Source of the DNA: the human T2T-CHM13v2.0 reference genome, Homo sapiens
Reading direction: 5' to 3' (one strand)
Assembly: GCF_009914755.1 (NCBI RefSeq)
Contig: NC_060925.1
DNA: 64,000 bases
In this document: positions 1-13,395 of the stretch, piece after piece
Numbering within the stretch: position 1 is the first letter of the stretch
Layout: every line of letters begins with the position of its first letter
The notes under the pieces: generated by a model
What the model saw: only the letters and a program-made list of their open reading frames with translations
Told to the model about the DNA's origin: nothing
Database searches by the model: none
Program-made: the position numbers and the translations under genes

Positions 1-1478
1 CAAAAGATAATTAACCACTGGTAAATATGTCCTACAAGAAACGTTAAAGTAAATTGCTCAGGCAAAAAGAAAATGACAGCACACAGAAATATGGATCTAC
101 ACAAAGGAATAATATCAATGGAAATGGTAACTCTACAAGGAAATATATAAGATTATTTTCTTATTAAATATATCTTTAAAATAAAATTATGTATATAAAA
201 TGATAATGTGTTATACAGTTTTTTGTTTGTTTGTTTTTGGCTTTTTTTTCTGAGACGGAGTCTCGCTCTGTCACCTGACTGGAGTGCAATGGTGCGATCT
301 TGGCTCATTGCAACCTCCGCTCCCAGGTTCAAGTGATTCTCCTGCCTCAGCCTCCTGAGTAGCTGGGGACTACAGGCGTGTGCCACCACACCCAGCTAAT
401 TTTTGTTTTTTGGTGGAGACAGGGTTTCCCCATGTTGCCCAGGCTGGTCTCAAACTCCTGACCTCAAGTGATCTGCCCACCTAGGCCTCCCAGAATGCTG
501 GGATTACAGGTGTGAGCCACGACATCTGGCCTTATTATAGGGTTTATAACATATGTATAAGTATAATAAATGTTAGTAATAGCATAGAGTTGGGAGAGGG
601 AAGAAATGATTGCAACACTAAGCATGAAATGGCACAAAATACTTGACAGCAGAGTTAACTTATGATAAGTTAAGCATGTATCACTTGTAGGTAGACAACT
701 ATGATTAAAGATGTATAATATAAACCTTAAAGCAATCAATAAAATAACAAAAGACTTATAGCTAAGCTAACAATGGAAATAAAATAGAATTTAAAAAATC
801 TCAAATACGTAAGAAGGCAGACAAGAAGGAAAAAGGAGGAAGAAGACACATACTCACACAAACATGCAAAGCCAATCTAAATGCTGTTCATAAAAAAACA
901 CACTTAATATAGACATAAATATATTAAAAATAAAAGGATAGACAAATATATCCTATACTAACACTAGTCACAAGAAGAAGTAGATTAACATAAGAAAAGG
1001 TAGATTTCAGACCAAAAAATGTTACCAGCCATGATGAAGAACACTTCATACTGATAACAAGGACAATTCATCAATAGCACATCTACATCCTATATCTTTA
1101 TGTCCCCAAGAATACAGAGCTTCAAAAATACATGTACTGAAAACTGATAGATGTGCAGGAGCAATAAATAAATCACAATTATAGTCAGAGATTTCAATAT
1201 TACTCTCTCAATAATAGAAAAAGTACAGAAAAGCATCAACACATGTAAAGCCTTGAACATCAATTATTTGGGAAAAAAATAACTCCCTTCTAAATAACCC
1301 AAGGGCCAAAAAAGAAACCAAAAGAGAAACTGGAAAGTATTTAAACTGAATGAAAATGAAAACAGGACATATGAAAATCTGTGGGATGCCATCAAAGAAG
1401 TGCTTAATGGGAAATTTATAGCACTAAATATCTGTATTTGAGAAGAAAGGTCTTGAGTAAATGACCTCAGCTTCCACT

Positions 1479-1509
<31 letters not shown>

Positions 1510-2875
1510 AAAATAAGAGTATATTAAACCCAAAGTAAGCTGAAGAAAAAAAATTATAAAGATCAAAGTAGAAATCAATGGAATAAAAAATTGGTAGGGC
1601 TAAAAGCACCCAATATCAACATTTTCCATAAGCTATGGTAATGAAGACACTGTGCTATTGGCATCAAAAACACACAAAAGTGATGGATAGAACAAAATAG
1701 AAACCCAAAAATAGGCATGACACATTGGACAAATGGTTCTGACAAAGATATAAATCAATTCAGTAGATAAAAGATAGTGTTTTCAAAAGTAGTACTTAAA
1801 TAATTAGCTATTTATATGCAAAAAGAATGAAGAACTTTGATCCATTCCTCACCCCATATACAAAAATTAACTCAAAATATATTATAGCCTTAACTAAACT
1901 CTGAGACTATACAACTTCTAGAAGAAAACATATTAGAAAATAATTGTAACCTTTAGTTAGGAAAGGATTTCTTAGACACAATACCAAAACCATGATCCAA
2001 AAAACACTAAGTTGGAATTCATAAAAATGTAAAATTCTGCTCTTAAAAAGATACTTTAGGAGAACAAAAATTTCTGCAAATCATGTATCTGATAAATGCT
2101 TATATCCAAAACATATAAAGAATGGATACAAAACTATCCAATTTAATAATAAGGCAAAAGTTATGAAGGCACACTTCAATAAACATAAAGAGATGGCAGA
2201 TAAGCACATCAGGAGATGCTCAACATTAATCAGTCACTAGGGAAATTCAAATCAAAACCACATACATTCATGGTGAGAATATAAAAACAACTATTATAGA
2301 AAAACATTTGGCAGTTTCTTACAAAGTTAAACATACACCTATCCTATGACTCAGCCATTCCATCATTAGGTATTTAACTAAGAGAAAAGAAAGCGTATGT
2401 CCATACAAAGACTTGTAGAAAAATGTTCACAGCAGCATTAAAATTGCCAAAAACTGGAAATATTCTAATGATCATCAACAGGTGAATATAAGGAAATACT
2501 ATTCAATAACAAAAAGGAATAAACTATTGATAAATGCAATAATATGGATGAATCTTTAATTATGCTGAGTAAAAGACAAAAATGCATACATACTATATGA
2601 TTTCATTTATATAAAACTCTAGAAAATGCAAACTAAGCTAAAGTGACAGAAAGCAGATCAGTGATGACTTGGGAATGAGGAAGAAGGCAGAAGGAAGAAG
2701 GAAAGGGAGAGATTGTAAAGATGCATGAGGAAATTTTGGGAGTGATGGATATGTACCTTATCTTGATTATGGTCATTATTTCATGGGTATTTACATATGT
2801 TAAAATTTATCAAATTATATACTTTAAAACTATACAGTTTATTGTCTATCAGTTATACCTCAATAAAGCTGTTAA
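1..2875 (+). mobile_element. Old fragmented L1 (L1MC/MD/ME-type), interrupted by an Alu
   Basis: Degenerate ORF2-like segments (e.g. 1290-1590, 1840-2260) and an L1M-type 3' end ...ttatacctcaataaagctgtt near 2855-2873. Confidence 0.8.
219..531 (-). mobile_element. Alu (AluS-type)
   Basis: Reverse-complement Alu body with T-rich tail. Confidence 0.95.
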
Positions 2876-3769
2876 GAGAGTATACAATATTTGCATAAAT
2901 ATTTGGTTAGAAACAGAGCTTAAAGTTTTGCATGTTAAAAAAGTCAAATTAGTTCTTTGAAACTTTTACATGAAAACAATTGCTTTCTTGAGATCTGATG
3001 CATTTTGGATTATATGCTAACACAGATAATACCTATTATTTTCTAGCATATTTTAAAATGAACCTTTGAAAATCTGACATTTTCTCCAACAGGTTGAACT
3101 AAATTACTTGGCTTCAAATATTTAAAAAACTCAGTGTAGTTAAAATTGCTACTAATCTTCACAGGATGAAAATATTTTGGGAGTTAACAAGTATTTCCAT
3201 GTACAAAGTTAGTCAAACACCAATAAACTACATGAATCATCAAATAGTCAAGTATAAATCCGGACTTAAATTCACACTTAAAAGCCCCATGTCATTATCA
3301 CTAACCACCATAAGATTTTACATCTTATCAGTAACCAAGAAACCATACTATTGAAGTTTTAAATATCTTAATAAAGCTAGAGACAAGGAATTCTTTTCTA
3401 TTAAACAAGAGAAATATTTTAAAATGTTTATATCAATTTCCTAGGAAAGCAACAAAATAATTCACTTTATAAAACAAGTAAGTTAGGGCTGAAGAGACAA
3501 AGATTGATATTATTGAAAAGGTCACACACTGGATTAAAAAATCCTTTCTTAGGAAATAAATAATAAGTATACAAACATTTAGGAACTAAATGGGGAAAAA
3601 TAGTAGAGTGAAATTTAAAACATTACCCATGCTAAAGACAGACGAACTTGTAGCATATTAACATTTATAGAACTTTCAGCTATTCTCACATTAGCTTTAC
3701 AGGTATGATAAAAAGTGAACAAAACAAATGTATTTGGAGTAAGTACTTTGTTGCTTTCCTCATTGCTTA

Positions 3770-3898
<129 letters not shown>

Positions 3899-4644
3899 TC
3901 ATCCAGAAGCAAAAAAAATCTACTGATAAATTCTATGAACAATGGCACTATTAAATTTTATGTGCAACTTTATCCAGTTATTTTTCTCACCAAAAGTTTA
4001 ACTAAAATGTTATCTGCATAATAACTGTGCTGTAACAGCACTTCTTATTTAAGTGCTCATGGATTCCCTGGGAGTCTTTGGGTGAACAAACTTTTTTATG
4101 TAGCCCACAGCTAACATCATATAGATATTTGAACCTCACCAAATACTTGAATTCCCAGAAACTATATGTGAATATTTTATATAGGTGCACAAGTCTATAA
4201 CTTTCAACAGATTATCAAGTGGGTCCACGAACCAAAAAAATTACTGCCTCAGAAAGTGATTTAGTTACTAAGAACACTGGATTTTACTTCAGACAGATGC
4301 CCAGAATATTCAAAGGATATAGATTAAATCTAAAGCTTTTGTAGCAGCCTTTTCAGACTAGAGATGCCAAGAAAGAACTAACCCAAACTTAAAGGTAAAC
4401 AAATTTTAAAAATCACATCTTCTGGTCCCAAATCGTCCTCTGGACTTCTTGCAAAAATAATCAGTTACTTCAGTATCCCCAAGCATATGAGTCAAGCATA
4501 TGACCCCAGAATATGAGTCAATGCAGCTGACCTTGTTGAATACCACTTGTATCAAAATACAAAGAAATTTAGGACATAATAAAATAGCAACATGTCAGGA
4601 GAAATGACCAGAATTCTGATGTCATTTTTATATCCCTTCAATTA

Positions 4645-4815
4645 CCATAATCTGTTGAGTCTAAGATACATTTTCCTCACATCTTAACATCTCCAAAACT
4701 GGATGTGTCTTATAATCCCTGATGTGTCATAGTTTAATTGAAAGCATATGTTCCTCTCCTCGCACTTAAACAATAGTGAATCTTAAAATTAATGGTGTCT
4801 GATACAGAAATACAA
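4645..4815. mobile_element. MER104/Kanga-like DNA transposon relic
   Basis: tctaagatacattttcctcacatcttaacatctcc...tcttataatc resembles the MER104 consensus as remembered. Confidence 0.5.
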
Positions 4816-5349
4816 TATGTCCTAAGATATCAGTTCTTGTCACCAAACAATAACAAAATGCAAATTCATGATTGCTAAAGAGTTCCACTAGTGGTTCCCT
4901 CCATACTTCTCCAGTTTAAATAAATTTTGGGTACCACTGAAGCATTCAGGAGTCTTGCGACTCCAGAACTGATGTAAAGTCTCTAGGATTCTTGGGTTGT
5001 TGATGTAGTTGAGTCACTATCAATCTAGATGCCAGAAGTTTATGGTATGCATAGAAAATTTATAAACCTGAAAAGATTCTAATTAAGAAAAGTCAAAGCT
5101 TGTGTGTGGGTGTGGATTTTATAGTGTCTTGGAGTTCCATGTGACAACAGTAAAAGCCTGAGAGATTTTGTACACAATAACCTGAATTAACCTGTTACAA
5201 CATAGATTAAATTGAAGCCTCAGGGTTTCCAGAGGCCAAAATTAATATAAAAGTAAGGTCCACTTTTGCACAAAGCAGAGTTAAAAATGTATGATATTCT
5301 GCAAAATAGGAATAAAGTTTTCACTTTTTAAAAGACATAATAAACACTT

Positions 5350-5780
5350 GATTCAAAGGAAAGTTACCAGCATGCCTAGTTGATCTGCAAAACATATCAT
5401 GGTTGAACAGATATGAATAAACCAGGGGCCTTTGATCTAGAAGCATTGAGTTTAGAGGCTAAAATATGATAAATATCTTCAAATATGAGAAGAATTATGA
5501 TGTTGAAGAGAATAGCCTTATTCCATATTGCTTTAGTATACAATACTAGAACCAATGGATAGAAGTTATTGGGGAATGGACTTCAGTGCACTAAGCAAAA
5601 GACTATTATAATAAACAGAATGCTAAACCACAGAATGGGTGAAATAAATAAACACTGACATTGTTAAAGAGGAGCCTATGTAATAGCATTTGCCAGGGAA
5701 GTTGCAGAAATATTTTTATATTTGTAAGATAGGTTAAAACAGATACCTAAGTTTCCTTTCACAGGTTCTATTATTCTATA
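5350..5780 (+). mobile_element. L3/CR1 3' fragment
   Basis: actagaaccaatggatagaagtta...ttcag motif typical of CR1/L3 3' ends; highly degenerate. Confidence 0.45.
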
Positions 5781-6160
5781 GGCCTTTCAAATTTTTATTT
5801 ATTAACAACAGTATTTTTGCACTTTCCTAGAAAAATAGAACCTTTAACTAGGTTCATCACCAAATTTACACCCATTCTAATCAAAGTCACCTTAGTACTC
5901 ACACAGAAGTATATAAGCAGCAGTGGTGGGCCAGGCTTCAACTAACCAAAGGATCTTAGTGGATGTAATGATGTAACCACTTAGAGGCTCACCTACTAAG
6001 TTACCCGACACAACTATTACCTGCTCCTTCTACCTCATTAACTAATAAAGGTTGTGAAGAGACAAAAAGTGAATATCAAACTGTATTCATTTTGATAGTT
6101 TCAATCTACTTCTTAACCTTCAATAACACACTCCTGCATTGTTTCCAAGTAATGTAATTA

Positions 6161-6385
<225 letters not shown>

Positions 6386-7339
6386 TTAAAGAAGACATTT
6401 TAATATATATTTAAAAGAATACATTTTATGGGTACAGGAAATTTGTTTTTGGTGATCACTGGTACGAACCATGTAGAAAATAAATTTGATATACATATTT
6501 TAATAAATGAATATATCCACAATACACTAGGAAGACTTGCGATTATAAAATTACTTTAAATATATCACACTACTCTTACCTAAAATAGTTATTTTTAAGA
6601 AGTTAGAAAGTAGACATTTTTTGTAACTAACCACCATATTAACTACTCAGATATTCAGAATAGATTTTTAGATTATTGTCTAACAAAACTAATAATGTAG
6701 CAATACTAGACATACATTTTATTTATTGTATAAAACTGACATCAGAGAATTCGTAAAGTACTAGTAATCAGGTTTTACATATGTTTTCTAGACAATACAT
6801 TAATCCAAGTATTTATTCAATAAATATTTATTTGCTAATACTAGCACATTTTTAGAACAGAAGCAGCAATTATCTAGGAATTGGGTAGAAACTTTTCATA
6901 ATGTCTTAATAAGTATCTTCTTTCTTAAGGATATATGTGTATAAATAATAAATACAATACATAACAGGTATGTGTTTGTACATACATGCATATATATAAC
7001 AATAACATTTACTGAGCACTTACTCTGGGTCAGGCTTTATTCTAAGTATTTTAATTTTTAATTCATTTAATCCAAAAAACTATCCAAAGAGGGTGCCACT
7101 ATTACTATCCAAATTTTACTCATAAGGAAACTGAGGCATGAGTGGGTATAGACTAAATGAAAGATAGAATAACAGATAGCAAGACAGACAATGGAAAACA
7201 GGAATAAGAATTCAGCAGTAGAGCATAGGCAGACACACAGAAAAACTGAGAGATCAAGTGATCTACAAATTGAATCAATGACACAGACAAAGAGCAATAG
7301 AGATACAGTAGCCTTTTTATTTAATAATTTTTATACTTA

Positions 7340-7513
<174 letters not shown>

Positions 7514-9332
7514 CTAGTTATTAATGAATAATAAAGCTAAGATAGAACTGGGACAAAAAGTAGGATGCTTCTTTCCAATACAGACAGCTACTTTTAAAAC
7601 TAAAATGTAATTTTACTTAAAGATACGTAACATGCTGCTTCAAGTATATACTATACACAGAAGTAATCAAATATGATTTAGATAAAGTGACATATGTTAT
7701 GGTGACAATAAAATAATTAAAAAGCCTTTCATTTCTTAATTTAATAACCTTAAATTAAGAACTGTAATCTTCCTACTTCAGTACTGATTTTTTTCTTTTT
7801 AACATCTGATTTAATGTATTTGATAATATGAAAAAAACTTGAATAAGTCTAGAAAAAAATGAGCAGGTTAGTAGACTAACACTCGTTCCATTAAAGCAAA
7901 TTAAAAACCAAATAAAATCTATACACAGAAAAATAAATTTAATATTTCAGTATCACACTGAATTTATGCTAGTAGCCACAAATAAAACAAAAAGCTTTCA
8001 CAAAATTAACTTTCAGGTAGGTTAATAAGCATTTCTGCTAAAATTTTCTCTTGAGGAAATGAAAATTATAAAGTAATGACACTAGTTTCAAATCAGGTTG
8101 GTACATGGCATACTAATTCTTAAAATAATTAAAATATCTGTATGTTAAAATATAGAAATCATAATTCCACTGTTCTTAATAGATACTCAGGATTTACAAT
8201 AGTACTTTATGGACTGCATTATGAGTATTTATTATGGTAATGAAAATGTCCCATATTTGAGCTTTCTGGCTATTCAGACTATGAACAAAAATTGATTGTA
8301 TTAGTTATGAATCCACGTAGTGACAAATTTTTTAGCAAATTAAAAATCATCCTATGATAGCATTTCACAGTATTATTCACATTCACAATGCAGAGAACTT
8401 GAATAGTACATGCTTTGAAAAAAATTATTTTGGAGTCACATAAATAGGTTGACAATGCATATTAACAGCAAAGCCTCCAAAAAGTCCTATTTAATAAATA
8501 ATCTGGTGTAGCTTTGTTCAATCTAGTAATTCCCAAAGGTATTTGACCATTATAATCCAGATAAAATAGTATTTCTTTAAATACTAGCCTATACAGAACT
8601 GTTCTATAATGTCATAAATTTAGGCATAGGTTTAGTGGCCTATTTGCAAAATTTTATTTCATTTTTCTCCTTAAAACAGAATAGAGAAACATCTCAATTA
8701 AAATATAGTTACAGGAGTTGTACACAGTTTACTGAGAAACAGCTAAAAGAAAATATAGTTTACAAGAGGTCAAAAGACAACACAAAATTAATTTCTACAT
8801 TGAATGCAATCATAATCAAAATCCCATTACGTCTTTTCACAGATTATGATGAAGTAATCTCAAAATATATAAGACAAATGTGCAAGACCAGTAAAGCCAA
8901 TTTTGGGGCAAAAGAAAGCAATTTGGAACATTTTTCCTACATATTCTAAAGTTCAAATCAAAATACAAAACAACACAGCAATAGTGTGGTATTGGTATGT
9001 ATATCATCAAATAAACCAATGGAACAGAAGGAAAGGGAACACTAAAACAATTCCATGAAAATATGGAACAGTACCTGCCACAGAATAAGTTTTCAAGAAT
9101 TATCTACTTCATAAAAGAATGGCAAGCATATAGCAGAAAAGACATTTGAAATACTTATTTGAAAGTACTGATCGACAAAACTATTGATTTGAATTATCTT
9201 ATCCAGGTATTTGGCAACAACCAGAAAGGCATTCTCTCTCATGTAATGCAAACCAGATAATAAATACATCTTTCCTATTTTGTTTTTGGCAAATGTATAA
9301 TCAGAAAACTATGCATTTAAAATGATTCTATA

Positions 9333-9683
9333 GGCAGGGCGCCTGGTGGCTCACACCTGTAATCCTAGCACTTTGGGAGGCTGAGGTGGGTGGATCCCCT
9401 GAGGTCAGGAGTTTCAGATCAGCCTGACCAATACGGTGAAACCCTGTCTCTACTAAAAAAAAAAAAACAAACCACACACAAGGAGTGGTGGCACGTGCCT
9501 ATAATCCCAGCTACTCAGGAGGCTGAGGTGGGAGAATTATATGAACCCGGGAGGCGGAGGTTGCAGTGAGCTGAAGGTTGCAGTGAGCCAAAGGTTGCAG
9601 TGAGCGGAGATCGCGCCACTGCACTCCAGCCTGGGCAACAGAGGGAGACCCTGTCTCAAAAACAAAAACAAAACAAAACAAAA
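9333..9683 (+). mobile_element. Alu (AluS-type) with an internal 17-bp triplication
   Basis: Full dimer; TSD aaaatgattctata(g) at 9319 and 9681. Confidence 0.95.
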
Positions 9684-10138
9684 ATGATTCTATAGTGGTG
9701 TTATTGAGAAAAGGGTGTTAAAAACATTCTATCTCCTTTTCTTGTTACTACCAAGTACTTTTAGTGAAAGGAAAGCAAACACTTGATGTGAAATTCAATC
9801 TCAATGAAACTGCAAAGATTAATAGCTTTCCCTGTGCTACTGAGAAAAAATGAATATTGGAACTTTAATTTAATAAAACATGATATATATATTTATGCAA
9901 ATGTCTAAAGTTTGATCTTATATCCTACTTGAAACAATAAAAAAGCTTCCCAGAGTAGAAGAAAGAAAAGGTATAGTACCATTAATGCTTAATTTTCCTT
10001 GTTTACATTAAATGGTTTGTGAATTCTCTGGAGAATATTTAAATGCTACACTCTCAATTTAAGAAATCTGAGTAAGAAAGAAATAAAGAGCTGGAAAATA
10101 TATGAAGTCTTAAGTTTTGTATAAATAACTGTAACTTA

Positions 10139-10342
<204 letters not shown>

Positions 10343-10690
10343 TCATCAACAATGCTCAACAGATCCACTGTCAAAGAAATGTTATTTTGTGATCAATATA
10401 CTGGCCTTTATAACAACACACAAATTTCCAAAGAACTCATAGTAGCCATCTTTTTGGATATGGAAATTTTAGACCTTTAGACCTAGGACTCTAATACAAA
10501 ACCCCATGATAAAATGAGATTTATATAAACTTTAAAAATTGTCTATCAATATAAAGTATCTTAAATGTAATAGAAAATATTTGTATCTACTACAGTAGAT
10601 TAAACAATATTTCAAAACGTATTACAATAAGAATATGTAAACATTTTTACCCATCATTTATCAAAATTAATTGTCTAGAAAGCACACCTA

Positions 10691-10936
10691 GCCAGGCACG
10701 GTGGCTCACAGCTACAATCCCAGCACTTTGGGAGGCTGAGATGGGCAGATCACGAGGTCAGGAGTTTGAGACAAGCCTGACCAACATGGTGAAACCCCAT
10801 CACTACTAAAAATACAAAAATTAGCTGGGCGTGGTGGCACATGCCTGTAATCCCAGCTACTCAGGAGGCTGAGGCAGGAAAATCGCTTGAACCCGGGAGG
10901 CGGAGGTTGTGGTGAGATGAGATAGAGCAAAAAAAG
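10691..10936 (+). mobile_element. Alu (AluS-type), right arm internally deleted
   Basis: Alu consensus up to ggttgtggtgagatgagat, then a jump to agagcaaaaaaa. Confidence 0.93.
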
Positions 10937-11119
10937 CAGAACCAATACTTTTTCTCTTTTTCAATTAAATAATGATTTTCTACCTTTTCAGGTACCTCTG
11001 AGTTCAGTCATTTTTTAAAAATACCACATGTGCTTAATGTGATTGTGTGTATTATTGATGGAAAAAGGCAATATCTTATAATCCAGTCCTCTATTAGATC
11101 AGAATGCATGCAGTCTTAC

Positions 11120-11175
11120 CTCCATTCCTTCAAAAGGAGGTGGATCTTTAGGCTTGCTTGATTTTTCTTTTTTCT
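11120..11175 (-). CDS. KIFAP3: KIFAP3 exon 4 (EKKEKSSKPKDPPPFEGME)
   Basis: Acceptor tttttacAG, donor GAG|GTAAGA; 56 nt. Confidence 0.96.
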
Positions 11176-12688
11176 CTGTAAAAAGATTTTTTTTTAATAA
11201 GGAGACTTAGGTTTTTAGGGTTTCTAGGTAATTTTTATTTTCAGCAGCTGAGTTTAACTCTAGGTAAACTGGGGATATTAAAACTAAATAGTTTATGAAA
11301 TAATCTCTTCTCAATGCATAAAAATGTTCATATATAATCCACTTGATCTAATGAGGATATCAAGGAGAGTATAAATTAATAAAATCTATAACTAATCACC
11401 AACTTCCTCCTTGGTTAACTTTTTGGGTATATAAGGTATACAGTCAGACTTGGCAACAAGAAGCAAAATAGTCTGTTCTAAGTATCCTCTCTTTCCCTTC
11501 CTAATTCAAATTTAAGGTAGGAATAGGAAAATCAATAAGGCAAAGAAAAAAGTACGACTTGAGTAATATAAAAACTAAAATGAAAATTAACAAAGCAGAA
11601 AGAAAAAAAAATTGGTAAATTTAAAACCTAAGATATAGAATAGTTGCTAACTGGTTCTTTTTTAACAAGTAAAATTAAGATAATAAATTAAAAGGCAAAC
11701 ATTTATTACGTGTGTTAATTAAATCCTCACTTATTCCCAAATAAAGAGGTATCCAAAGGTGTTGAACACAAGTTTGAGCCATTCGTTTATATTGAATTAT
11801 CTGATTAATGGCATAATTTCATTTTTTAACAAAAAAACTATCAAATATACTTTATGGATCTGGATCATAAGTCTAAGTAATGTATGTAAATTAAAGTAAG
11901 TTAGAATGTTATCAAAATTTTTGATTCCACAATTAGCAAATAAATATATGATAGAATTAGTCATTATTTTCAGAGGACAGCACCCATTCTGTATAAGCTC
12001 ATACATTCTCAACAGCTTAATTCTGCTTCAAACAGATAATTTACTAAGACAGTGGTTTTAATTATGCAAAAAAAATCACTGAATGTAATGAATCAAATAA
12101 GTATTATTATTTTGTTTCAATCACTTTTAAGATAAGGTTTCTGGCTTTGGAATACCGCTTACCAAGTAAAAGAGTTTTAACAAAGAAAACCAATAGTTTT
12201 CTAAAAAGTGTATATTTAATATACATTTCCTAAAGCATTTCCTATATCTTCAATTATTAATAATACTCTACCTGGGTAGAGAAAATATTGATTTGAATTA
12301 TTTTATCCATGTATGATGACATAGAAATTTTTTCATATTCCTCTAATTTCTGGGGAGCAAGATAAAACCACTGATTTGCCCCGAAAACTCAGTGAAAGAG
12401 TTTTTACTAGTTCAAAGATATTTTATTCTAAATGCCTTCAGAATTATATTAATGTGGCACTAGGAAAGATCAACTATACTATACAACCTACAATAAGTAG
12501 ACGCAGATCTTAAAAGACTACCAGATTTGCTTTTCTACTTGGATTTATTGGACTATGCGATCTCTCACCATTTACAGACATCTTAACAAGAATATTCTAC
12601 CAACAAAATATTTGTTTAATAAAAATCTCCCTTGATAATATTTTCCTTATCTACGTAGTACTTAACTGAATGCCAACTATGTGATTAG

Positions 12689-13009
<321 letters not shown>

Positions 13010-13246
13010 CTTTTTGCTTGTAAATAAATTTACAACCATTTAATTCATTCAACAAATATATTTTGATCATCTATGTTAGATACTGTATTCACAGCTAAAA
13101 AAAGTATATATTAAGTACAAGGCATTTTATTAGCTGTGGATGAAGAGAGACTGACTAATTTGAAAAAATTCCAAACAAAATTTTCTTTTTTTTTCCTACT
13201 TAGTCCAATCAAAACTTGAGCATTGATACATTATTTTAAGAGCACC

Positions 13247-13395
13247 AGCTGGGCACAGTGGCTCATGCCTGCAATCCCAGCACTTTGGGAGGCCAAGGCA
13301 GGAGGATCGCTTGAGCCCAGGAGTTTGAGACTAGCCTAGGCAACATAGTGAGACCCCGTCTCTACAAAAAATGTAAAAAATTAGCCAGGTATGGT
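13247..13395 (+). mobile_element. AluJ left monomer, truncated at the ERV junction
   Basis: ggaggatcgcttgagcccaggagttt (AluJ diagnostics); ends at ttagccaggtatggt. Confidence 0.9.

Noticed and set aside
6926-6934. ATATCCTTA (minus strand) in intron 6 as another U12 donor; similar motif at ~26080
   Set aside because: No U12 branch site or acceptor partner is evident in these introns. The ~26080 copy is L1 consensus sequence, which shows that such motifs also occur incidentally.
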